From: Octopus sinensis
Taxonomy: Eukaryota
Direction: 5' to 3'
DNA: 64,000 nucleotides
Assembly (NCBI RefSeq): GCF_006345805.1
Contig: NW_021832533.1
Coordinates: forward strand, 1-64,000
Part shown: positions 1-16,401 of the stretch, one piece after another
Position numbering within the stretch: the stretch's first letter is position 1
How the letters are laid out: every line of letters starts with the position of its first letter
Made by a program: the position numbers and the translations under genes
The notes under the pieces: model-generated
Seen by the model: the letters and a program-made list of their open reading frames with translations, nothing else
Database searches by the model: none
Told to the model about the DNA's origin: nothing

Positions 1-200
1 CATCAACAGTAATCACAAACAAATCACTCAAACAGTCGGGCCTCGACAAGAAAGGACGACGCAAATTAAAAGGCAGGTTATGGCGACAAAGTAAAGGCAG
101 TGATAAGTCAATCCAGAAATTGAGTCGAAGGACGACCAGACTTGTATGGACATTGACTTGCCATTCCAAAGTCCTTCCGACAAAATTGACAAATTTCTGA
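1..200 (+). CDS. 3' part of a small hypothetical basic protein (complete copy at 50949-51312)
   Basis: Open frame ...STVITNKSLKQSGLDKKGRRKLKGR...LTNF* ending in TGA 198-200; near-identical at 51113-51312; no recognised homolog. Confidence 0.3.
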   Translation, partial: STVITNKSLKQSGLDKKGRRKLKGRLWRQSKGSDKSIQKLSRRTTRLVWTLTCHSKVLPTKLTNF

Positions 201-458
201 GTTCAAATAAGTCGAAAAAGTTTGAAAAAATTATTATTTAATTATAGACAGATTAAATCTGTCGAATCTGCTAAAATACGACGAGAAAAACAGTTTTTAT
301 AAAATTTATTATTTTTTAGAATAAACGATTTAAAACAGTTGAAAAATTTATTTAAAAATTAACATTTTTAAAAAACTTTTCGATACTTTTATGACATTTT
401 AGGACGATTTTAAGACAAATTATATAAAAAGGTCAAAGAGAAATTAAGAAAGTGGGTT

Positions 459-677
459 TTATTGGTCAATGTGGGCGTGGTAGGAAAAGTCTTCTAAATA
501 TTCCTCAAGTTTGGAGTTAACGAAAGGAAGGGACCCTTTGGAAATAAACACGTGGGTTTGATCCAAGACATTTAGAATAAATTTATTAGAAGAGGAACAG
601 TCGTCGTCAATTTTCATTAAGATTTGCTTTATGTGTGGATCACATTCTATTAGATTCCCTTTCGATGTAAACACCAT
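459..677 (-). CDS. GTF2H5: TFIIH subunit TFB5/p8
   Basis: 72 aa, intronless; MVFTSKGNLIECDPHIKQ...KFILNVLDQTHVF matches the Tfb5 pattern (KGVLIECDP..KQ...KFII.D.DDTHVF). Confidence 0.9.
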   Translation of the reverse strand: MVFTSKGNLIECDPHIKQILMKIDDDCSSSNKFILNVLDQTHVFISKGSLPFVNSKLEEYLEDFSYHAHIDQ

Positions 678-1024
678 ATGTCACAACTAGAATCAAAATT
701 AATTATTTTATTTTTTATTTAAAAAAAGTAATAAAATTAAGTAATATTTAATAGAGTTCTTTTTTTATCAGTCTCTAATTAAAACATGATTTCTTTTTTT
801 AGTATTTTTAATATATGTTAATTATAAATTAAAAATTGTATAGGTAAATAAATTAATATTTATTTTAAATAAAATAATTATTCAAAAAATTAATAGTATC
901 TTAAATCAATCGTGTGTTGTGGTGATTTAGAAATAAGTCACATTTATTAGATTAAATGGAATTTAAAAACACAGGATATGTGCTTCAAGGATCAGACCCT
1001 AATGAGGTCGGCGGTCTAATAATA

Positions 1025-4371
<3,347 letters not shown>

Positions 4372-4739
4372 TTTGTTTTTTTAATAAAGATATTGGTTAG
4401 ATTAGTGTTACCTTTTGGAGTTTTGATGCCCTTTATTTGTGATTATTAGAACTTGGTCATTTATTTAGAGACTATTTTTATATTCGCAGGGTGTAGCTTA
4501 TCTTTTTAAGAAATTTTATTTGTTAGTTTTTTGTAATAAAATGTAGATTGTTGTATTCTTGGCATTCATGTCTAAAATAAATCTTAGGACATAACTGATT
4601 GGTTTACAGGTAAGGGAAATGACCCTCGCGTGGACTGCTATTAACACAAATGACATTGGTTTACCCGATTGGTTTTAATGGGCATACTGTTCGACTTGCA
4701 GAAATTAGAACTGCACGACTTTTCTTGAAAAAATCTTTT

Positions 4740-5385
4740 CTGGTTGAAAGATGCCGATTTGATATCATCTCTATCAGCGATATTCAAGCTAGAACACTCT
4801 GAGAAAAACAGTTGTCTTTAAAAATGAGTATTGAATTTATTGCTGAGGCAGCTTCCCTGATGCGATTGGGAATAAAAATGGATTTTTGAATTTGAAAGTT
4901 CACTGGTTTAAAAAACCTTTTCAAAATGCTTCCGCTGTCAAGGCTATGGAAATATTGCTAAATTTTGTAAGAATCAGGAAAGGTATGTCATTTGTAGAGA
5001 AGGGCACGTCCTTTGCAAAAGGAGTCCAAAAAGAAGTGTATTTCTGTGGTTCCAACGAGCACTTTGCCTGGTTTTCTGGGTGTACCAGTCTATTGGAATA
5101 TTTTGGAGGAAGGGCGCTATCGCAGGCACTGGAACATCAATTTTTACATGAATAACCTAGTGAAAAAAACTGTAGAATTGTTGAAGAAATACTTTCTGAA
5201 CTTGTCAGTTTCGTGTTAAAAAATGGAAATTGATTGGGTCTAGCAAATCATTCGAAATTGCTTCGAATCGAATAACTTTTGGATAATTGTCGGCGATATT
5301 AACTCCAAACACGTTGATTATGCCTGTAAACACACAAACATGGATGGGCAGACGCTCTTCTTGAGAATGGGATTTTTCGGAGGCT
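4740..5385 (+). pseudogene. Decayed AP-endonuclease domain of a non-LTR retrotransposon
   Basis: FDIISIS and IIVGDINSKHVDY motifs in broken frames; second copy at about 55700-56294. Confidence 0.45.
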
Positions 5386-5393
5386 ATCTAGAT

Positions 5394-5727
5394 CAGCGGT
5401 TCTTAACCTTTTTCAAATTTTTGATAAATTGTACCCCTTGGGGTTAAAAATAAATCCCGCGTACCCCCTATAGATTTTTATTGCATATCATCTCCAACTT
5501 TCAATCGATTACAAGACTTATTTTTAATAAATGATAAACAAGACATTGTAGTTTCGCATAAATATATTACTTCAAGACTATCTGTATTATCAGAGTGTGC
5601 CGAACGCTTGTGTCTTAATAAATTGGCAGGTTTTAATGAATTGTTTCCAAGTAAAGCATCGCATAACAAACACTGCGCCTTATCCACATTGTCTGTTCAA
5701 AAAGATTTTGTGAATCTATATTGCACA
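5394..5727 (-). mobile_element. hAT (Buster-like) element end with BED-finger transposase fragment
   Basis: Starts CAGCGGTTCTTAACC after ATCTAGAT; CLLC..NSLKPANLLRH; interrupted by a Helitron at 5728. Confidence 0.7.
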
Positions 5728-7000
5728 CTAGCTCGGCAGCTCGCTTCGCTCACCGCGACCTAGCTCCTGCGGAGGGCCTGTTTCATCAAACAACTATAAG
5801 TTTATGTAGATGTATAAAACTACCTGGTTTAATGTAACCCTATTCTATCGCCTGTTGATAAACGATGTTTGTCGTCCGTCCTTCCTTGGCATATATGAAT
5901 AAATTTTCTCTTCTGCCTACCCTCGAGCATCCCACATACAGCTGTCCATGTGAAAAGCACTCACTCTCTAAAAATAACCCAACTACCTTTAATGACTGTC
6001 CCTGGGCCTTGTTTATTGTCATTGCAAACTTTTTTTTTCATTTTTTGTGGTTTATTTTTTTTTATATTTAATTTTTTCATTTTTCCTTTGTAATTTCCTT
6101 TTTTTTCTTTTTTTATTTTTTACTGGCGGAAATGGGGCAGGGGGAGATGCGGCAGGCGGAAATGCGGCAGGCAAGAATGCGACACACAAAAAAGCGACAC
6201 ACAAAAAAGATTTAATTAATTACCTTATTAAGCTGACCGTTTTTTCTTCAGCTTCGTTTTTCCTCCTTCGGTTATCTATTTAAAAAATTATTTTTGAATA
6301 ATAAAAAAGTTTAGGAAAAGAGGCATACCGAAAATAAATTCTATCTTTACAAAAAACTCAAGTAAATAGTTAATATTTTTACGCAAATTCTTCTGATTGC
6401 GCTGTCAAATGGTGGTAAATTGTGTTAATGGTTGTGCTAATGTGGTTTCAACTATCAAAGTGTTTTTAAAAATCTGTTAATTGCACACTCTATTCAAGGT
6501 CGTGCGTCAATTGGTGGTAAATTGTGTTAATGATTGTGCTAATGTGGTTTCAACTATCAAAGTGGTTTTTCAAAATCTGTTAATTGCACACTCTATTCAA
6601 AGTCGTGCAATCTGTGATTGCACATTCTGTCAAAGTCAAATATGATAATAGCTTTAATTTTGATTCATGGTCGATAATGATATATGCATTTAATTTTAAA
6701 GAGAAAAACATAGGATGAATTGAATTTCTTTATCGCGAATAATTGGGAGTTCATCATTGTTAATATTCTCGCTGTCGTTTTCATCAAGGATATTCTTAAT
6801 ACGTGAGATTTTTGCCTTGAAGGTTTTAATGGACCTCATCATGAATGTCGAGGACATTCGCGTTGTTCATTTTAATCAAAATGCAGAAAATAATTTTTTG
6901 ATTTTTTGGGGGAAAGGTTTTAAGGACTTCATCATGTAAGTCGAGGACATTGTAGTTGTTCATTTTAACCAAAATGCAGAAAATTTTTTTTTAATTTTTT
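5728..7000 (-). mobile_element. Helitron, 5'-truncated copy
   Basis: PIF1-like helicase tail [22 protein letters not shown]; GC-rich 3' subterminal segment ending CTAG|T at 5728; 2-3 degenerate units of the ~81-bp minisatellite at about 6820-7000. Confidence 0.8.
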
Positions 7001-7205
7001 TACCGGTGCTCGGATGGGTCACAGGTGACCCTTTCCAAAAATGTGTTTAAGCAATACCACTTAAATGAAGTTAATAGCAATTGCAATCACTTGTGCAAGT
7101 TTGCCTTAAATTCTGACTAGTGCATGTAACAATAAAGAAAAGCGGGAACAAGAAATATTAGAATAAATAATTAGGTTAGTTAATGAATATCGTTAGAATA
7201 TTTTT

Positions 7206-8014
7206 TCAGTTACATTCACTTGAGCAGATCATATTATTGGGGATCGGGTGGTCACAGAAGTTGCAATCTAATGTGAGTATACAAACACACCATATGCTTC
7301 TTCCATAGTGAGGGTTGTCTTTTGATTTTGATTTAATCTTATTTCCGCATTGTTGTCGACTAATCGGATATTTGGTACATTCATCACTGTCGTAATTCTT
7401 ATATGAGAATAACAAAGTATACAGTGTGGGTTGGGACCCGTTTGTGAACATGCACATTTTCTGGTCTTTATAAAAACTACACAGTCAGTAATTTAAAATA
7501 CTAAAGCCTGACAGGACGACTGATTTTTGGCGACTGAAAAATAGTATTTGACGGCATGTGACTTTAATGTTAGAATAAGATTTGTACAGATTTGATAATG
7601 CGGCTAGACGTGCAAAACTATCTACATTGACGTAACGAAGGTTATTACAGTCATACAGATTTCTAATAATTCGAAATATTTAAATATACATATAGAATAA
7701 CTCATTCAACACACCAAATGAGTTCTTTGAAATTCTCTCTAGCGAGTTTCCATTACACTCACTAGTATTAAAGAAATATTGATTACAAGTGTTCTAAATG
7801 TTCTAGATGGGAGAATATTTCTCCATTAGGAAATGTAACGTTTCTCATTATGTTAAGAAAACGCACATATTCCGTCGTAGAATTTTCTCCATTGAAACTA
7901 CAGTTGTTTAAATTAAGTAATCTTTTAAATTAAGCAATTCTTCAAAAACCTTTCTGTTAAGTCACAGTCTTTTTGTATCACTAAATGAATAAAAAGTAGT
8001 ACAAATGGAAGCAT
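7206..8014 (-). CDS. Secreted LRR protein, family copy A (intact; 8 exons, 209 aa)
   Basis: Seven GT-AG introns (28,25,27,26,25,25,23 nt) leave 630 nt: MLPFVLLFIHLVIQKDC...FSHLEHLEHFECNGNSLERISKNSFGVLNELFYINLYDCNNLRYVNVDSFARLAALSNLHMPSN...DCNFCDHPIPNNMICSSECN*; hydrophobic N-terminus, LxxLxxL motifs, NxS/T sequons. Confidence 0.85.
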
Positions 8015-8654
8015 TTTAATTAATGCTGATATTTTATTGTCAATAACTCAGTGGTTAGACATTGAATTGATATATTTATTAAACTGTTTTTTGTTAATAT
8101 ATATTACTTTGCACGTATATTTTGAGGCGTATTGAAAACAATATTTTTTAATCCTGGATGTACAAATATTTCACCTCTCGAGCATTTTGGACAAATAACT
8201 GGACACTTCTATCAAATCCGTAAATAAATCACAATTATTTATAAATTAAACAAAAATTGGCTAACTTGATACTATTTATAAGATATTTGCAAATAAGAAA
8301 ATCTGTGAACTTATATAATGATAAGTCGATGACAAACACATCATATGTATACATCCTCTCTCTAAATCAAAATCTTATAGAAAAGTCAGAAAACTGAATA
8401 AACATTTGAAAAAAACAACGAATGTGGACAAAATAGATATTGCAGCTAAATTAACTGCAATTGAGAGACAAATCCTGGCAAATGTTGAGAATTAACATGA
8501 AGTTTCTCTAATTTCTTTAATAAGAAAGTAAAAAGGAAAGAAATAAAAAAATTAAGAATTGAATTTTGATTCAATACAACCTACTACGTCTTTAAGTAAA
8601 TTTATAGAATTAAAAAATTATTTGCTCATTGTTTTTCAAAATTATTGATTTTAT

Positions 8655-9990
8655 TTGTTTAAACTGACAAAGAAATTACAAGAAAACAAATATGGCCAAT
8701 TTGCAAAGATCGAGTGCATTTTTCTGTTAAAAGTTATAAAAATACAAAAAAAACAAAATATTGATTCCATTTTTAGATTGGTTCAACCCAACCAAATTGA
8801 CAGCCACCATTACGAACATTTTCAATATGGAATTTGAGACACATTCAGTTTTTAAAACTTTGGGATGGAATTTAATTCCTTTACATAAACCAGGAAAGAG
8901 CAAGGGGACGCTAAAAAAACCAAGACCAGTTGAAGACACTAAGAAAAATTCTATCTCTGATAACTCTTAATCGGATATCTTCTGATGTTTGCGATTTTCT
9001 GTCGCCAGGACAGAATGGATTCAGAAGGGGTCGCTCGACTGCAGACACTGTCTGGTCTCATAGATGGATATGTGCTATGTTTCAACGATACAAAAATGAC
9101 TTTAAAATTCTGGGAGTGGACATGTCCAGTGCGTTTGACACTGCCAATAGGAAATCGTTGTTGGACGTTATTTGGAGTTTTCTTGATGAAGATAGCACTA
9201 GGCTCGTCCGTTTCTTACTTTCTAAAACCGAATTAACTGTACGGGTTGGAAACGAGTTATCAAATCCTTTCGGGACAACAATTGGAACACTTTAGGGGGA
9301 CTCTCTATCTTCCGTTCTATTCATAGTATACCTGAGAGATCTCAGAACAAAGTGCGAAGGATCGATGCCGATGGAAATTATATATGCAGACGACATAGAC
9401 TTTGTGTCAGAAAATGATCAGGAACTTGCATCTGTTTTGGAGAAAACTCCGGACGAAATTTCACGTTAATCAACAAAATACTTAACACGTAAGAATCGCA
9501 AGGGAATCGAAAATATTGATGAAAGTTGGAGGAAAAAAAGGAAATTAGGATCATAACTTGGTGATAGTGAGGACATGATGTACCGGAGAGTTTTACCCTC
9601 TGCAATGTACAAGAAAATGCAAAAGATATGGAATCATCAAAAACTTCAAAAAACAAACATCAAGCTAAAGCTGTACAACACATATATAAAACCAGTACTA
9701 ATGTACAACTCGGTTACCTGGGGTGTCATAGAGACAGAGTTACATAAAATGGACACGTTTCACAGAAAACAACTACGCAATCTACTGGGGCCTAGGATGG
9801 CCAAAAAAGATTCCTAACAGAAAATTATACGTTATGACACGATTGCTGCCAATAAGCATCGATATTTAGAATCAAGATGGAGGCTGTTTGGAAACGTACT
9901 TAGGGAAAACTCGATGTGCTGACGACCTTGAAGACCTACGAGTATATGCTCAAAGCAGGATTTCTCAACGTGCGGCACAAATGGGACCTT
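8655..9990 (+). mobile_element. RTE-like LINE, decayed reverse transcriptase
   Basis: QNGFRRGRST, GVDMSSAFD, IYADD, FHRKQLR motifs with stops and frameshifts; (TAA)n-like tail near 9970-9990. Confidence 0.85.
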
Positions 9991-10254
9991 AGCTAATTTA
10001 ACATTTCTTTGGTTATGTGTACGTACTATTAATAATAATAATAATGATTACATACTTAATCAAATTTATATTATTCTGATCATTCAAACTTTTTCATTCT
10101 TAATTAACCATAAATCACATCTCCAATTAATCAATACTATTTAACTGAAAACAAAATCATTTTTGGTTGGTAGATTATCAATGACTTATTATTTCAATAA
10201 GATTCCATAAGTAAACCAAAAAATGAATAATTAATTCGAATAAATTAAGAAAGG

Positions 10255-10890
<636 letters not shown>

Positions 10891-10938
10891 ACAACCAATT
10901 AAATTCAAATTCGTTTATTACAAAAATTAAAACAAAAA

Positions 10939-13900
10939 TCATTTATTTTTAGCCAAAGTAGAATTATAGACAATTTTAAGACCATGAGGGGCACTTCTGG
11001 ACAAGTCAGTCTCCTACACAACACTAAAAACACTCAACCACAAGAGCCTTAATCAACCCCCTCTCGACCCCAGAAGCACTATTAATGAGGACATTCAATG
11101 CCTGTCGACACACTAAACACTCCTCACCACATCAGTACCCTTCCCACGTTTCCCCACCCCACCCAACAACTTAACTTTATATCTACAATCCACCCACAAC
11201 ACTACTTATACGTCGACAGGGCAGAGTAGGGAGCACACACACTCATTGCATACAACAACTCATCCCCCTCTGAGGGTGCCACACTCCACCCCCCAAAGGC
11301 CTCCTGCCAATACACCTACCAACACACCTCTCTACTCTCCTTCCACAACACTGGACACACTCGTTCTACCCTTCTCTCCCCTGGTCTGCTCTCCTCCACT
11401 TCCTCCTTCCTTTCCTTGGCCACTCCTCTCTACTGGTAAGACTACTCCCTTACCCCACATATGGCCTGCCGAATTGCCCTCTCCTCCTCCTCCTCCTCGT
11501 ACTTTCTATGTCGACGACGTTGGGCCTTCCATTCACTATATCTATCATACCTTTGTCCAATTCTTTGTGTTTTTTGACTTTTTGACCTCCTCAATTTGGG
11601 GTTCTTCCACTTTTGGGGGGATTTTGACTTTTTTACAGTCGGAAAGGACAGGGCGGGAATATCCCAACAGAAGTGACGTCATCTCCGAGTCATTCTCATC
11701 CCATAGGACATCCTCTTCTACCACTGCTGTGTCCTCAGTGGGGGCTTCCTCACAAATAACCTCGTCGGGCATCTTAGACCAAAGGGGAACCAAAAAACCT
11801 TAAAAATAATTCCAAATCCGTAGATATGTCGACAGGCGGGCAGAAAATTCTTCTTCCCTCTGATCATAAAACTCCCTGTAGGCAAATATTCTCCACTTGG
11901 AGGAGTTTTTGATACCTAATTAATAATATATTATTTTTTTATTTTAAATTTATTTTATTAAATAAATAAAATAATTAATAAACCTGATTGTAGTGGACCC
12001 ACCACGCATCTATATAAATCTTGTCCTCCCATGCACTGGTTAGACATACAGCCATAGTCCCGGCCTCCTCCAACGTCTTGTGGGGCACAGGCACATTCCT
12101 TCTCCCCTTCACGACCACTGCCGGTGCCCCGCTTATATCAGCATGCACAAACACATCTCCCTCACACAAATGTCGGCCTACCAACAATTCGTTCTGCTGT
12201 TGGTCATTTCCCGCCACAACAATCAGGTTGTCACTCGATATAAACCATTTAAACTTCTCGAACCTACAAATTGGGTTATTCAGGCCACCAGAATTGTTTT
12301 CTTATACGATTTATTGTTTTCACTTGTTCGGCGTTTTTTAAATACTCTTTTGCCTTTTTTTGAGCTGATTTGAGTGCCTTTGTTTGTTGATTTTAGGATT
12401 TGTACTTTTTCGGTAGAATTGATTGTTTTTTGCTCTTTTTGGATCATTTCTTTCCTGATTTTGTAATATTTTCTCGCATTTGAGTACGCCGACATGGATA
12501 AATCAATGTCCACATCACACCCAGGCAGGTCCCCACTATAAAATAATTTATTACCAAATAATAGAATAATATTAATTAATAAAAATTAATTAATATATAA
12601 ACCTTTTTAAATGTAGTACAACTGTATTTTCAGCTAATTTAACTTGACGTATATGGTCGAATGGGTGGACAAAAGAATGTTCTAGAACATACGAGACTAT
12701 TCCATCCCATGTGAGCCCATCGGACAGTCCTCTGAGGAGTGTCTCAATGACGGTCTCCACCAAGTCAATATTCTCTTCAATAAGGACTGCCTTATTCATA
12801 TTTATATTCTAATATACATATATAAATATATATTGTTTTAAAATTATTTTATTATATATTTAAATAAACAACCTGAGACTCCTGTAATAAATGTTGCCGT
12901 TTCTGGTGGTCAGCCACAATTTTTTCCGTTTTTTGTTTGGCGGTTGATTCCTGGAATAAATTTTGGAGGGAAACCAAATTTGTGGCGTTTTTTGTCAATT
13001 TTTCATTTTCAATCGAAGAATAAAACACATCCACGGCCTGGTCACGGTCAAAATAACAAACCTCGTTGAAAAGGGGGAATTTTTTGAACTTTTTTGACTC
13101 AAATTGAGAAAATAGAAAAGGAATAAAGTCCTCGTATCTACCCGTCACCCACAAGACATACACAGGATCAGATTCCGTCGAGGTTTTGGCTTCAATCAGG
13201 TAGCCGGACATGTTCCTTCCACCACCTCATAAAACAAATCTTGAGCAGTTTTGATTACTTTTTCCATTATTTCTAAATCTTTATTTAAATTAAAAATAAT
13301 TTATATATAATATTTAAATAAATAATAATTTAAATACAGTTCTTGTGGGTCATTAGTTCTTGTACTGTCACCAGCATATCATATTGTAGTAAAACGTGTT
13401 CAAACACAGCTATTCCATAGGCTAAAATAAAACAAAACACACACAAACGTAAATGAGGATTAAATAATCTTCTCAATTGGTCCTTTCCTTGTGCCGAATG
13501 TATAATCTCCTCCAATCTGACATATTAGTCTAAAGAAAACGTGTCTCTGGTGATAGAGGGGAAGTGTTTGTAGTCATTCACGTCATAAATGGACCCAACA
13601 GTGGTCCCCACAGACTTCCGTGACCTCAATATCAAGACTATTACGTAATCAGGGTCAGTGAGGATTAGATTCCCCTGAGAATGACCCAGAGAGGACAGAC
13701 CTGGTCAAACAACTCGATTATGAGGTGATGAGCGTAGGTTCCTGTCCCAAACTGCAAATCAACCACTCGATCCTGCCCCAATTGGGTTATTGACTGCAGT
13801 CGAGATGATCCCAGGTTTTTACGGAGCTTTTTATGAGGGAGAATGTCAACCTTCATTGTGACAGGAGAGGGGGTTGAGTTTTTTGGCCACCCAAATGAGG

Positions 13901-14132
13901 TTAGGTGAAGTCTTTTGCCTGATTCGATCACTAAAATACGCTTTTCTTGACTGTTGGGTTTTTTTAGGTAAGGGGGGACCCTTGGAATCGAATGTAGTAT
14001 GTCTTTCTATCCACGTCGTATATTTTATCAACGCGGAGACCGCAGAGTCTAAGTATTTTGGAGGTTTTTATACGTTTTTTGTAGTTCTTTTAGTATTATT
14101 ATTACATCTAGGGTTGTGAATACTTGCTTCAT
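10939..14132 (-). CDS. NEMF: Ribosome quality-control factor NEMF/Rqc2, many tiny introns
   Basis: [55 protein letters not shown], ends [15 protein letters not shown]; internal exon borders not fully resolved. Confidence 0.9.
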
Positions 14133-14381
14133 CAGAACGTGATTGTATTATTATTATTTTTTAATTTAATTTAATTGAAAATTAATTTTTTAATAATGAA
14201 TATTTAATTTTATATTAATTGAATTATTTTTTTAAATGTTAATATTTTTTAAAGCATTTTATATATTTAAATAATATTATTTTATTATATAATAAATACT
14301 TTTTATTAAATATATAATTATTTAAAAAATAAAATATATTAACTTATAAATCCCATTTTAATTTGTCTTGTTTGACTTAGA

Positions 14382-15236
14382 ATGAACACAAGAGAATATC
14401 ATAAAACCAAAGCTAAACTATACGACCACCTGGACATGTTTCCGAATATGGTAGAGAGCATATCACAGCTGATATCCTCCGAGAATGACCCCAAACTCAG
14501 CACTGAGGAAAGAAATCTCTTTTCTGTGGCCTTCAAAAACACAATCGACCCAATGAGGACAGCCTTCCGTCAACTCAGTCGACTGAGAGACACCAACACA
14601 GAAGAAGTCACGTGCGAAATAATATCCGAAGTACTCAACCAACAAAAAGAAGAAATTGTAAAAATATGTAATAAAATATCGGTTTGTATTTAATTTATAT
14701 ATTACGTCATATTTAATATTTTGGAATTAATATAAACCTATTACTTGTAGGACATTGTTCGAACACTTCTCCTCAATGACCAACTCACTGACGAAAATCG
14801 AGTTTTTTACTGCAAAATGATCGGGGATTATTTGAGGTACAAAGCCGAGCTCAAGACGGAGGACTACCCTCGTACCCTTCATGGTCTCAGTTGTTTAGAA
14901 GTCGTGAAAGAGGCCAATGAGGCGTATGAAAGAGCCATGAAATTAGGAGAGGCTGCATTGCCTGCAAATAATATTTCCCGTCTTGGAAATGCCCTTAATT
15001 ATGCTGTGTTTAAATATGAAATCAAAAATGAGCACAGCGAGGCTATTGAATTAGCAGAGAGGGTGGTCAAGGAAGTCGAGGACTCGCAGATGGGGACGGA
15101 GGACAGTCCTGACTCGATGATAATGTTGAAGCAACTGGCCGACAATATTGCGGTTGTCTTTCCTTATAAGAGTGTCTTGTAGTTATGGAAGTCGTATAAT
15201 TCGGATGAGTCGGAAGATGAGGTAGAAAACAGTTAA
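14382..15236 (+). CDS. Divergent 14-3-3 protein
   Basis: LSTEERNLFSVAFKN, KMIGDYLRY, RLGNALNYAVFKYEI, MLKQLADN..LW; introns of 69 and 30 nt plus a probable in-frame 27-nt intron. Confidence 0.85.
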
Positions 15237-16401
15237 AATTATTTATGACTAAATAATTACTAATTACTGATTGAATAGGAAATTAAATGATTAGATATTA
15301 GCTTTTCTATAATTCTTTTCTCTTTTTTTTAGTGATAATGAAGAGTATTGTGTTTGGTTGTCGAATGTGATATATTTTGTTGAATATATTTCTGAATGAA
15401 CAGTTATTTAGATCAATGCATTTAGTCGAATTTTAAAAATTGATTTTTTAGTTATTGATTATATTTTTCATTTTGGAATCAAAAAGTTTGCTTAGTTATA
15501 AAGATTTTTTGCAATTTTTTCTAAAAATCACAGATTTTGTGACATACGATAAATTTTACAGACAATTAATCTTAGCAATCAAAAATGAATCGGACAAGTC
15601 GTTGAAAATATTTCTTAATGTTTTATCAAAAAAATTCAAGAATGCAATTTCACATTATATAAACAATAATAGTTAGCAGAGACTAAAAACAAATAAATCC
15701 GGCCCGGATTAGCAATGGCTAAATCTCTAGTTGAACGCATTCATCGGTGTTTTCGAGTAGGAATTGCTCCAGCAGTAAAATGTGAAAATAAGTTGAACCA
15801 CATCCCATCGTCGTTGCAATTGAAAATGCCGACGAATTAAGATTTAACTCAGAAAGCTATAATTTCATCTTTTTGATTTATGGTTAGCAAGACTACAGAA
15901 ATTCCTAAATCAACTTCTTAACTTTAAATAATATATTTGAATTAACTACTGTTATCTTGTAGTACAGTTTTCAAAATAAATTTCATCAATCGGTTAAGTT
16001 CTTTGGTTATTTCCTTAACTTTTTATTGAAAAACAAATTTTTAATTAAAATGACGCTTAACCCACTCTTATAACAAATTATTTGCGTTTTTAATTCAATG
16101 TCGAAAAATAATTTGTGCTTTTAATCCTGGTCGTCAGCATAGTTACAGTTCTCTATTTTTGTAAGACTAATTTACAAAACTACTTAATTTAAAATATCTG
16201 TAGCAATCATACTTGGATATCGATTCCGTAGGCATTGTCCAAGTCATGTTTTATTCATCGATAAATTGAAACTTTTGCCGAACAGGAAAAGACAGCATAA
16301 TGGAGGGTGTGAATATTTACTTTAAACTAGCTGGATTGGAAAATAATTTTGAGAAATCAGCGAAAAATTTTTATTTATTTAAGAATACTGTTACATTAGA
16401 G

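Noticed and set aside
7206-7457. ORF-track protein MCMFTNGSQPTLYTLLFSY... (also 40873-41154)
   Set aside because: Read-through of exons 6-8 and introns of the LRR gene; the middle part is out of frame
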